From NCBI GenBank assembly GCA_951406725.2, contig OX597816.1, forward strand, positions 98,456,001 to 98,520,000: DNA of 64,000 bases, read 5' to 3'. Source of the stretch: Octopus vulgaris. Taxonomy: Eukaryota. The notes beneath the pieces were generated by a model. It had not been told where the DNA came from. It saw only the letters and a list, made by a program, of their open reading frames with translations, and did no database searches. A program made the translations under genes and the position numbers. Positions within the stretch are counted from its first letter, which is position 1. Each line of letters begins with the position of its first letter. This document shows positions 29,311 through 41,634 of the stretch, in pieces.

Positions 29311-30284
29311 ATTACAAGTAAATTCTCCTCTGTACTCCCTCTTGTCGACTTCAGATTATTCACTTATCCATACACACACTACAGAAGCCCCAACACAAAT
29401 CTGGCAGCAGGTATAATATTAGTGATGAATAGCACAGTGTGATACCTGAAGGTGCACGAGCTGTATACTTTATTACATTCTTAAGAGAATATAACCGAAC
29501 TACACACATGTGTGTGTGTCTATATATTATATATGCAAATATATACGTAAATATATACACACATATAAATATATACGCAGAGACTCGCACGCACACACAT
29601 ACACACACACACACATATATACGTGCTTACATATACTGATAACAAAAACAACGACAAATTATAACGTCTAGGCAGGTAAATATAAATATCGATATCAAAA
29701 ACTGCAAGTAACACATTCTACATAGTTTACGTTTCAAGGGGAACTGTAGAGAAATACGCGCAAATATATAGTACAGTTGGCTAAATATCTGTCTGATACA
29801 GAGATAGATAGTTTTGTAAACAAGTCGATAGGAGGACAATCAGAGGTCAATTGATAAATATATTATTTTCTGCAACTCCAGGTCCCTCTGCGCCCACTAG
29901 TTCTCTGCCAAAGGCGGTATAACGATGTTGATACTAAACAAGAAGAGCATTGATCTCAGCACACTTTGTGGGATAGAAAAGGTCATGGACAATGTCTTTC
30001 GTCTTTGATGATCTTAAAAAAGTAAAAAAGAAAAATAGAAAAAAGAATCCTATAAAACAAAGTCATCATTTCGATGGGAGAAATTATAGCCATTTAGATT
30101 TAGAAATAGAAACAAGTACACAGTACGCAAGCTCACACGTAGCAACACATAGAGACACACACACGTAAATGTATGTAAGTATGTATGTATGTATCTATCT
30201 ATCTATCTATGAATATATATAAATATGCAAACATATTCGTATGATGGATTACACACACATATATCAGCTGACACATACACACAC

Positions 30285-30333
<49 letters not shown>

Positions 30334-30339
30334 GACACA

Positions 30340-30395
<56 letters not shown>

Positions 30396-30559
30396 AACAC
30401 ACAGACACATATTTACATACGTCAGCACCAAGTTTTATTAGCAACATCTTTATTACATGCAAACTCTTCCTCTTGAGAAATATATTTCTCTATTTAGTAT
30501 CCATCAGAAATGATGTATTAGTGCCATCGTTCAAACTAATTTTCGGTGCCTATTAAAAC

Positions 30560-31330
30560 ACTTTCAGCCTAGTGCTTTTGATTCCACTCTTAATTTGTGT
30601 CATCAAATTATTGTCCCGAAAACTGTCATACGTTGGACTGCAATGGTGGAAGTCGCATGGCACCTGATGATAGTTTTCCGGTGGGTAAAGTGAACAGTGA
30701 TCAACAGAATTTACCGATTTTCTAGTTTGTTGTCAGAGATTTCTTTGCGTACGTTCTGTAAGGTGCAAAATAACTTTTAGATTTTTCGACCACCTGTTCG
30801 TATGTTTCGTTTAGCAATATTCCCTTTAGTAATATTTCTCTTATCTTTTTGAGTGCCACCATGCATCAGTCGCTGTTCACCTTCTTGAAAATCAAGGAAG
30901 AATAACACTTTTCAAATTCCTCAAACTTTCAATTTCGATTACGGGATTTTGAACTTTTAGGACTTGGAAAAGTGTAAATTCATTTCATACACTGAGCATC
31001 CTTTGTGGAACATAAAAAATATGGGCACCGTTCATTTCCTGTCACAAAATGCAAATACAGAGTGCCTTCAAACGCTTCAGCAGAAGATAACAGTTTTCCA
31101 AAATGTTTTCCTTCACTTCAGATGTGAACTACTGTGGTAAAAACTTTACATAGACATTTTTTGTCCTATTGCTTTCTATCATCTAATCCATTTTAACCAC
31201 GTTCTCCATATGCAGCAAAACCACACTTTGTGAGTTATTTTTGTGTGATTCAAATTGTCCTCTCGCTAGTGATACATGTCACTTGTCGCAATCGGTGGTC
31301 CGTCACTGCGTCGTTTTTTCGTCATTTTTC
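30560..31330 (-). mobile_element. Highly degenerate mariner transposase relic
   Basis: Minus-strand fragments in the expected order: KNVYVKFLPQ*FTSEVKE (WVPxxL region), LHFVTGNERC (VTGDETW), VLFFLDFQEG and VPCDFH (YSPDLAPSDFHLF). No TIRs found. Confidence 0.7.
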
Positions 31331-32128
31331 AGTTCTGTTTCATTCAGCTTTATACATTATTCATGCCTGTGTGCCATTTGCGTGAGCAACCAGTAGGATT
31401 TTGTGGATGGGGGAATCTTGCTCACCAACTACAGTAAGAGTAAAAGCCATTATTTACCCGAATTTAAGAAAAGCATGACGAATAGTTACTATAGAGGGAG
31501 TGTTACTCCACGAACATGTGCAATTTGAATGATATATTAGCAAACAATTGAAGGGAAATGTTATACCACCTATTCATAAATTCAGCACAGCTTCTTATCT
31601 ATCTGTGAGACCGCGCTTCTGTCTCTACGTACGCACACATATACAAATGCACTCACTCACACACAAACACACACACAAATACACATACATCATACACACA
31701 TACGCACACACGCACGATATTTTGCGGGCGAGGGGACTGTGTTATAAAGTGTTGTAGCGGTATGTGTGATTGTGTTTTGAATCATTGATTTAGTGTGAGA
31801 CGAAACGAAGTGAGAACTGTTAATTTATGTAGTAATATCGTCATGTTGCTAATTAGATAGATGGACTTGTTTAGAGCAACTTTGGTGTAATAGTTGACAT
31901 TGGGGTTATGAATGTGTGAGATGTGTTAGCTGTTTGTAGACGGCGCTGTTCCATTTCGGTATTTTAGTTCCTACGCGTAATATTTTATTCGTTGTTATTG
32001 TAACCACTTCACAGCGCACAATTACATATACACACACTCACACATATCTATGCCTATGTGTGAATATGTACATATTTGTATTTGCTTGCCTATGTATCTT
32101 TGTATGTAGGCATGCCTGTACCTGTGTG

Positions 32129-32175
<47 letters not shown>

Positions 32176-32697
32176 TTATGTATATATATATATGCATATA
32201 TATATATATATATATATACAGAGAGAGTTATCAGAGAGAAAGTGAGTAGGAGAGCAATTGAGGGAGAGATAGAAACAGAGAAGTGCGTTAGCTTGAACAA
32301 CCACCTTACAGTACATCAAAATTAAATATATTAAGTATAGGTGAATTATCGCATATTATTTATGACCCAATTTTATTACTTTTTACAGCTGTATTATAGA
32401 AAGCTGAAGAAAAAGCATTCCTAGAGGCAAAATTAGATAGAGACAATAAATATCAAATAATGAGAGGATGGTGGGAAAAAAGGCAGATAAACTCTGATGA
32501 GGCGATTCCCTTGATATTGTGTTTGTGCTTTTATTTCTGCTATACCTATATCTTTATCACGCAAAATTTGTCTATCTTCTCAATATCTGTATTTCTGTGT
32601 GAATTTGTGTACGTGTTTATACATACATACATACTTACATATATACATACATATATATATGTACACACATACATGCATACATACAAATATACGTATA

Positions 32698-32752
<55 letters not shown>

Positions 32753-32856
32753 GGTCCCATAGTCGGGGTTAACCACAGTAAATAAGGTACTCAATACATA
32801 GAGATAAATTAATTTATTTTATAGATTTATAGTCCTGTAGAAGCTCCTTCTATAAA

Positions 32857-32887
<31 letters not shown>

Positions 32888-32906
32888 AATATATATGTAT
32901 ATATAC

Positions 32907-33095
32907 TCTCTTTCTCTTTACTCTTTTACTTGTCTCAGTCATTTGATTGCTGGAGCACCGCCTTTAATCGAGCAAATCTTATTCTTTGTAAGCCTATCGG
33001 GTTTCTTTTGCCGAACCGCTAAGTTACGGCGACGTAAACACACTGGCATCGGTTGTCAAGCAATGTTGGGGGGACAAACGCAGACACACAAATAC

Positions 33096-33153
<58 letters not shown>

Positions 33154-33193
33154 TTGGTAAGCAAGCTATTTACCACACGGCCACTCCTGCACC
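32907..33193 (-). mobile_element. Family A SINE with internal deletion
   Basis: Reverse-complement tail TTTTACTTGTCTCAGTCATTTGA, body GCCGAACCGCTAAGTTACGG and head TACCACACGGCCACTCCTGC. Confidence 0.9.
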
Positions 33194-33258
33194 TATCCAC
33201 ACAACCACTCATTATATATATATATAATCAGAATAAGCAACAGTATATCAAGTAGTGA

Positions 33259-33344
33259 TGCAGTACGACCGTTTCAAGCGGCTCCATTTAATTGAACAAT
33301 GGAACCATTACATCAATTTAAATGCAATGCTATCTTCAGCTGCA
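33259..33344 (-). ncRNA. Type I hammerhead ribozyme motif (left arm)
   Basis: Minus strand reads TGCAG CTGAAGA [TAGC..ATTTAAATTGA..AATGG TT CCATT..TCAATTAAAT..GCTT] GAAAC GGTC GTA CTGCA, with a 5 bp stem I and a GUA triplet. Confidence 0.7.
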
Positions 33345-35899
33345 CAAATAAATAAATAAATAGAATTTTAACAATTTTGACATATATAATATTTCTCAAA
33401 TGTTTTAACAGAGCAAGAATTTGGAAGAAATTCATGTTGTCGCTATCATAGCTAAGAATAGACTACACTTTTAAGAATGACATGAAGCCTATTGGGGTCA
33501 TAGTATTGTAAGCGGTTGTAATTCATTTCTAATTAATTTATTTCTACTAAATCAAAGATTAGAAACCAGTGCCTATTTTGAATATAGGACAAAAGGGAGT
33601 AGACGCCTCATGCCTAGGTTTGGTCATAAATATTATCACGTTTAAATCTTTTCCTCTGGGAAGAACGAAGACATGTGATGTAGTCAATTGCATATAAGTA
33701 GCTGTCTATTAAAAGAGGATGGGTAGGAGAAAGCTTAAAATGATGACGTTAATTACTACGAAAGGAGCAAAAGGCTAAGAAACCGAAGATGTCAATACAG
33801 AGGAAATTTAATTTTGTGGCACTAATGAATGATTGTTCATAAGCAATATTTTTATGTTGTACAAAAATAATATTTAAGATTTTCAAAATTGATATCATAA
33901 CCAAAACAGGTAAAATGTGTGTATATATCAATTATAAACATTAAAAAAAAGAAGGGAAGATTACATAGAATCGGTTTAATATTCATTCATGTACTTAATT
34001 ACTTATTAGGTGGTTTCTATAAAAACTGCTGGAAATATATACTTGCTCTCTATTAATTTTAAGCCAAAAATCAGAAAAAAGTAAAGATGCATACAATACA
34101 CAAACATTTATATATGTGCATATACGCATATATACACATACACAAATAGTTATACGTTTATATGGATATAGTTTATCCATCTCGCATAGACTTAAGTAAC
34201 TAAAAAATACATATTTAATAACAAGAAAAGTAACAATTTATAAGGGATAAGACGTTAATAGTTCATGTGCATATATGCACATATACACACACAAATATTT
34301 ATGCCTTTATATGTATAGTTATAGTATAACCATGTCGCATAGACTTAACTAACTGAAAAAAATATCTATTTAAGAACAAGAAAGGTAACAAGAGGTTAAT
34401 AGGTAAGGATATCAATATAAGAAAACAAAATAATGAGAATTTATAGAAAAGAATAAGAAATACTTATAACCTACATTGAAAGAGACAGGGGATTAAAATT
34501 TGATGTAGAGAAGAGATAAAGGTAACCGAAAAAGAGGGGTTAATATGTATAGAAGCAATGCGGGCAGTTAAAGGTACTCAGACACAAGAAATTTGATCAA
34601 TTGTAATGTTACAGTGACCATTGTATGTATGATTTTTATACTTTCTAGGGGGTATATAATTTAGTCCAAAGGAGACATATTTACATAAAGTCACTACAAA
34701 TATTCATAATATGATCAGTAGTGGAGGACATCAAAGAAGGAAAACTAGTGTAATTACCAACATAAGATGATGTCAGACTAACTAGGCAAGGGTTATCATG
34801 GGATAGAATTATATATAGCACACCACATACTATAACATATAGTTTATAACATATGCTATGTAATTTAGTTCACCATGCAACATAATATCCCACCAAGGAC
34901 CATAAAAGAACTTCCAGGAGAATCTTGCTGTTAGACTGACTTGCCCGGCTAAGTCCGGGATAAGTCGACTAAGTAAATCTGTTTTGGATACTGTACTACT
35001 CATAATAATATATCCCTTATGAACTGTTACTTTTCTTGTTCTTAAGTAGGTATGTTTGAGTTAGTTAAGTCTATGCAGGATGGATATACTATATCCATAT
35101 AAACATAAAGATATTTGTGTATGTGTATATATGCACATATGCACATATATAGATGTCTGTGTAACTATGCATCTATATTTTTTACTGACTCATGGCTTAA
35201 AATTGATAGCATGTATATCTTTCCAGCTATTCCATAAGTAAATGCCCTGAGCAGTTTTTATAGAAACCACTTAATAAGTAATTAATTAAGCACATGAATG
35301 AATATCGAAGTGATTCTATGTAATCTTACCCACTTTTGTTAACGTTTATAACTGATATATACATACATTTGACTTATTTTGGTTACGATATCATTTTTGA
35401 AAATATTAACTTTTATTTTTGTACAACATAACGATATTGTTTCTAAACAATAACCCAATCAGTGCCATGAATTAAAAATTCCCTTGTATTGATATCTTAG
35501 GTTTCTTAGCATCTTGCTAAACTACCCAGCCTCTTATTATAGACAGTTACTTATATCCAAATGACTATTTCTCACGTCTTCTTTCCCCACCGAGGAAAAG
35601 GGATACATATGATAATATTTATGACCATACATAGCCAGGGATACATATGATAATATTTATGACCATACCTAGTCAACTCACTCTTGTCCTGTATTCAAAA
35701 TAGACATAGTCTTCTAGTCTTAGACTTAGTAGAGATAAATAAATTAGAAATGAATTAAAACCCCTTACATCACTATAGGACCAAGAGGCATCATGCGGTT
35801 CTTGAAAGTGCAGACTATTCTTAGCTACAATAGCGACAACATGAATTTATTCCATCTTCTTATTCTGTTAAAATATTTGAGGAAAATTATATTTATTTG

Positions 35900-35984
35900 T
35901 GCAGCTGAAGATGGCACGCATTTAAACTGATGTAATGATTGCATTGTTCAATTAAAAGGAGCCGTTTGACACGGTCGTACTGCA
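35900..35984 (+). ncRNA. Type I hammerhead ribozyme motif (right arm) with core mutation GAAA>GACA
   Basis: TGCAG CTGAAGA TGGC...GCCGTTT GACAC GGTC GTA CTGCA. Confidence 0.6.
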
Positions 35985-36140
35985 TCACTACTTGATATCT
36001 TGTTGCTTATTTCGATTTTATTCACCTTACTTCGATCTATGCGGATAATACCGGACTGTCTTAGAGTTTCAGCTCAAGTATCTAATTCAACTGAATGTCA
36101 ATTATATTTTACACACACACACATACACACACACACACAC

Positions 36141-36176
<36 letters not shown>

Positions 36177-36194
36177 ACACCCACATATATACAT

Positions 36195-36735
<541 letters not shown>

Positions 36736-37517
36736 CATAAATATATACATATACATGTGTCTTTGTATGTGTGTATGCATAGATATATATGTGTGTGTGC
36801 GTGTGTGTGTACGTGTGTGTGTCATGTTTGTGTGTGTGTGTGTAAGTGTGTCTAAGATAATGTAAGTTCGCTACATATATATCAGAATACACTAGTGTAG
36901 TTTTGCTGGTCGAATGCAAAGAATTCATTTGTATACACGATATCTGTGCAAGCATAGTGCATAGAGAGCTGCAGGGATAGAGTCAAGTTTTATTTTGAGA
37001 TTTCCTCAGCAAAATTTTAATATTTCTAATTCTCTACTTACATGCTGCTTGAAACCTAGTTTTCGTTAGTAGTTTCGAAGTTTTCCACATCGATTTAGCT
37101 ATATTAGTATTTGTTGATGGCAAGCTCCATAAATAATTGGTGCGCTAACAGTCGTTTGTTTACACTCTATATTGTACTACACTATATATTTATAGATTTT
37201 AAACAAGCATTTTCGGTATAAATGGATTTAAGTCAATATCTGTACATAACATTTGGTGAACTAAAAATAAAGAGCTATCCGGAGTCGTTCCAGTACATGT
37301 AATTGATTTCGTCGACGCTGCTGCAATGTCCTCAATGGATTTCGAACACGATATTAATTCGGACACGAACATTCACACCGAGACACTTATAAACCCTCGC
37401 ACACGACTATTCAGATACACCCTACGCACACACACACACGCACACATACACACATACACACACATATACTCACGCACATTCATACAGATACGCGCTCATA
37501 TATATATAAATGACACG

Positions 37518-37630
<113 letters not shown>

Positions 37631-37699
37631 TAAATAAATATACATACATACATATATATATGTACGTACCTACATCTACATGTATATATACATGCATAT

Positions 37700-37897
37700 A
37701 TAAATATATATATACGTGAGTACAGGACACCACAATAGACGTAGAACTCAACGAGAAACGAAAACGGAAAAACTAGCATGGAACAGACCATTTTTTTACA
37801 ACGAAAAACAGAGTACAAGACAAACTACACAAGGAAACCCCCCTTTATCAGCTGTCCCTAGTTCAACTCCAGCGTGTTTCGAAGGTAGGACAACAGG
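37700..37897 (-). repeat. Dispersed repeat, copy 1 (copy 2 at 50075-50270), carrying GAAAC...CTGATnA motifs
   Basis: Minus strand TCGAAACACGCTGGAGTTGAACTAGGGACAGCTGATAAAGGG...TCTACGT..TGTCCTGTACTCA parallels the + strand at 50082-50262. Confidence 0.7.
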
Positions 37898-38468
37898 CGT
37901 GAGTGTTATTGTAAGTTAGCATTGAGTATATGCCTGTCATGTTACTCAATGCTTTTGTATTCTTATGTATTATAAAAATGCATTTAGACATTTTTTTTTA
38001 AATAGAGAGGTTATATTAAACAGGATATAACATTTCAATCAAACAGAGTCTGTATCTAGATCTTCGCCCGGATTATGCTCAAAATACGAGATCAGATGTG
38101 CTGTCATCAAAAATTTAATGTAGAACATATTGTATACATTACATGCTTTACTGCATAATATTTTTACATTACTGCATAGTGAAATGAAGCAAAGTGATAT
38201 GCATCATTTCCCCCAAGAGTATAACTCATTCACTGTATTTTATAATCGTGAGTGCAAGCCCCTAACCAGTAAGCTCAATCCACTCAGGTAGTCCTATGTT
38301 GAAACGGCGTCCCGTCAAGTTGGTTAGTGAAATGAATAGAGCACAGAATCCAGGAAACCGTTATTATGAACCTATGGCACGAGGAAGTCATTGGATCCTT
38401 TTGTTTTTACGTATGCATTTGGATACACATTCATATTTAGATACATATACACACACATATACATATAA

Positions 38469-38645
38469 AACTTCTCCTCGTCCCACCCTTAACACACCAA
38501 GCTCTCCATCTCCCATTTCCAATTCCTCCGTCTACGCAGGCTCTGCAGTGACAACCATGACTTTGAGACTCAGCCTCAACTCATGGCTCGCCACTTCATC
38601 CAACGTGGACATCTCCTCACCACTATCCACACCACCCTTGCCAGA
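38469..38645 (+). pseudogene. Second Penelope-type RT fragment, paralogous to 28550-28726
   Basis: Shares the block TTCCAATTCCTCCGTCT.CGCAGGCTCTGCAGTGACAACCATGACTTTGAGACTCAG and translates to FQFLRLRRLCSDNHDFETQPQLMARHFIQRGH. Confidence 0.9.
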
Positions 38646-40117
38646 ATACGTTCATAAGGCTTCTTTTTGGGTTCTGTGCACTATTCAGTTTGCCACTGGA
38701 CAGGGCGCTGCTTCATCTCTGGATTACTCATTGTTGCTAGCGGAGTGGATTGAAGCAACGTCATATGCAGCATTTCCCTCAAGAGCAAAATACCTCCCCA
38801 GTCCTCTACCTCATCCACAGTCCTGTAATTACCCTTTCTTCCTCATCCCCATATTACAGCCATTCCTTCCTCCCTTTCCATCACCATTCCCTCCTCCCCA
38901 ATAGATACACACAGAAATACCTACATAACTCAGTGTACCTTCATACTGGTCAAAATGGATAGCATCCCTCTGTTTTACTTCCGGAATGTTATATCTCCTA
39001 AAGAAATAAATCCATGAAGACAATCAACAAAATGCCCAAAGATTCTACGACTACATTGAAATCGTCTCAGGAATACGAATTGTGATCTTAAGAGGCATGT
39101 GATTTGCAGAAAAACGTAGCAATATCTTAAATGCTTATAAGTTCCAGCCAAGAAATATTGTTATTGTTATCATATTTATCGCACGTTACATCGGTAGACT
39201 TCGATGCCACCCCCCAAAAAACTGGTTCAAAACTCAGCACTGTGGCCGACATAATGGAATAGGAGCTTCATTTACATATTCAAAACGTTTACTGTAAACA
39301 AATATCACACACACATACACACACATACAAACACACAGACACGGATGCACGCTCACTCACACATTTATACATATGTTGGTTAAGATTTTCATTGCATGTC
39401 ATATGGCCAGCCTGTTGAGTATCTTATACCTTCTCGCTCATCACACAACAAAATCAAAAATCGCGAAGATAATAGTTTATATAAAGATTTCTGTCGTTGC
39501 AATCTTGAGAAAGATCACAGATTGCACATAGGAAAAGGATATCTCAACTATTTCAGTTAGGTCATCGGAATAAATATATGTGTTTGTACCAATAGTCATT
39601 CATCCGTGTGTGTATGTGTGTATATATATAAATGTATATATATGTATATATATACGTACGTGTGTGTGCGCATGTGAGTGTCTTTGTGTGCGTGTGTGTA
39701 AATATTGAATACATATGTGTGGATGGATTTATGATTGCGTGTATGTATGTGTGTATAAAAATACATATATGCATATATGCAAGTAAGTATATTTACGGAA
39801 GAATTTTATCATATTTTCTAAAGCTGCTCACATTTTCTTAATTTATCTAGCATCTTAAGAGGTCATCCAATACTAACCTTTCAGATTTTCATTTAAACAG
39901 CGATCGATGTAAATTTATTTTATTGATTTATGCAACACACATGCATACAAACCTTCATACATTTGCAAGAATATGTACGTGTGTGTGTGTGTGTGTGTGT
40001 GTCTTTATGTATATATGTATGCATGTAGGTAAGAATATATGTATGTATATATTTACGTATGTATGTGAGAGAATTAGAATAGAGTGAATGAGTCACCTTA
40101 ACATTAGGTTTAGTTAG

Positions 40118-40316
40118 TCGGCAGCTGGCTGATTTCTTAGATCACCATGCAATATGAATAGCCGCTTTTCATCAGTCTTTAACGTTCTAAGTTCAAATGC
40201 CGCCGGCGTGGACTTTGCCTGTTATCATTTCGGAGTCGAAAAATGATTACCAGTTTATCATTAGGGTCGTCATAACCAACTCAGACCCTCCCGTACATTG
40301 CTGTCCTTGAAACCAG
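40118..40316 (+). mobile_element. SINE family C, degenerate
   Basis: CGTTCTAAGTTCAAATGCCGCCG (B-box-like) and GACTTTGCCT...TTTCGGAGTCGA match 53312-53518. Confidence 0.7.
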
Positions 40317-40470
40317 TATGTTCTAAATAGAACTATGATTTCTGTTTAATTGTGTTAGAAACGTCATGTGAGAGAATGACTAGTGCTTCTAAGCATATAT
40401 CGAAATGATATAGCAAATTCTGACACTTATTATGAAATATGTATGCATACCTATACATACACGCACATAC

Positions 40471-40550
<80 letters not shown>

Positions 40551-40620
40551 ATATATATGTATATGTATAGTGTAAATAGCATTTATATATGCAAAATATC
40601 ATATATGTTAGATGAAAGAA

Positions 40621-40764
40621 TAGATAAATAAAAATAAATAAAAATATATATAAAGAATAAAAATATATAAATTAAAAAAAAAAAAAAAATATATATATTT
40701 TTATATATATATTTTATATATATTTTATATATATTTTTTATATTTTTTATATTTTTTATTTTAT

Positions 40765-40808
<44 letters not shown>

Positions 40809-40831
40809 TTTATTTATTTTTTATTTATCTA
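40621..40831. repeat. AT-rich imperfect palindrome
   Basis: TAGATAAATAAAAATAAATAAAAA at 40621 is mirrored by TTTTTATTTATTTTTATTTATCTA ending at 40831. The left half is A-rich and the right half T-rich. Confidence 0.8.
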
Positions 40832-40997
40832 TATATCCCCAAGTATGATATTTTGCGTATGCCTACCCCAAAAGTCCCCCACCACCACTCCTTTAAACCT
40901 GTATAAATGCTAACTTGTTAAATAGCTTCCTGAAGATTTCTTGAATATATATACCTTAAGAGGAAGGACCTAATATATATATATATATATATATATA

Positions 40998-41041
<44 letters not shown>

Positions 41042-41203
41042 TATCCAGGTAGATACCGAATTTCTCAATGTAGAATGTCACGCCTGGTTTCTTCAGATAG
41101 TGAATTTCATTGTAAATTTCCATTAACTGCCGTCCCATGTTGCAGCTTTTCCCAGACTACTTAGAATTTTGTGAAAAACAACTCATCGGTGAATGTCATG
41201 GTT

Positions 41204-41258
<55 letters not shown>

Positions 41259-41265
41259 ATTACTA

Positions 41266-41297
<32 letters not shown>

Positions 41298-41313
41298 ACT
41301 GCCACTACTACTA
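41204..41313. repeat. Compound (CTA)n/(CTG)n trinucleotide repeat
   Basis: Direct reading. It is the source of the poly-Leu and poly-Tyr/Cys ORFs. Confidence 0.95.
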
Positions 41314-41394
41314 CCTTTATCTACTACTAGCAAGCCTAATTCAAACTAAAATAGGAGAAAAATTCCTCTTTGAACAATGCCATATTTATACGCA

Positions 41395-41482
41395 CTGAAG
41401 GGATCGTACTAATAATGCATAAATCGCTGCATATAAATATGCAACAATATGTAACTAATGCGATCGAAACGAATGTCGGACA
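41395..41482 (+). ncRNA. Degenerate hammerhead motif
   Basis: CTGAAGG GATCGTA...TGCGATC GAAAC GAAT GTC. Stem II has 7 bp and the triplet is GUC, but core A9 is G and stem I does not pair. Confidence 0.45.
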
Positions 41483-41603
41483 ATTATTATGAATAAACCA
41501 ACTGTAAATAAACAGAAAGTTTGAATGTCCAAATCGTCATTCTCTTTATTACCTCTCTCTCCCTCTCTCCCCCTCTCTTTCTCTCTCTCTCTCTATATAT
41601 ATA

Positions 41604-41634
<31 letters not shown>

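Larger units (their letters stand above)
28292..29362 (+). mobile_element. Penelope-like element relic: inverted 3'-end copy, RT fragment and hammerhead-bearing pLTR
   Basis: 28292-28358 is the reverse complement of 29296-29362 (54 of 67 positions identical by manual count). The interval holds a PLE RT fragment and hammerhead motifs. Confidence 0.75.
33226..36015. mobile_element. About 2.8 kb fold-back structure with about 1 kb inverted arms (33226-34250 / 35010-36015), each ending in a hammerhead motif; PLE-derived by inference
   Basis: Colinear reverse-complement blocks along the arms, e.g. ATATCAAGTAGTGATGCAGTACGACCGT, ATTCATGTTGTCGCTAT, GGTCATAAATATTATCA, GTGGTTTCTATAAAAACTGCT and ACAAGAAAAGTAACA. 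Confidence 0.9.

Noticed and set aside
31750-32013. TG...CA bounded segment resembling a solo LTR
   Set aside because: No target-site duplication, no second copy and no PBS or PPT visible.
32480-32580. CTGATGA GGCG... hammerhead-like start
   Set aside because: No GAAA at the matching position and no adjacent stem I.
38296-38904. 202 aa ORF
   Set aside because: It is an off-frame read through a microsatellite and the PLE RT fragment; the meaningful frame is a different one.
40925-40972. CTGAAGA followed by a TCTTGA/TTAAGA stem
   Set aside because: It lacks GAAAC, stem III and the UH triplet, so it is at best a truncated relic.
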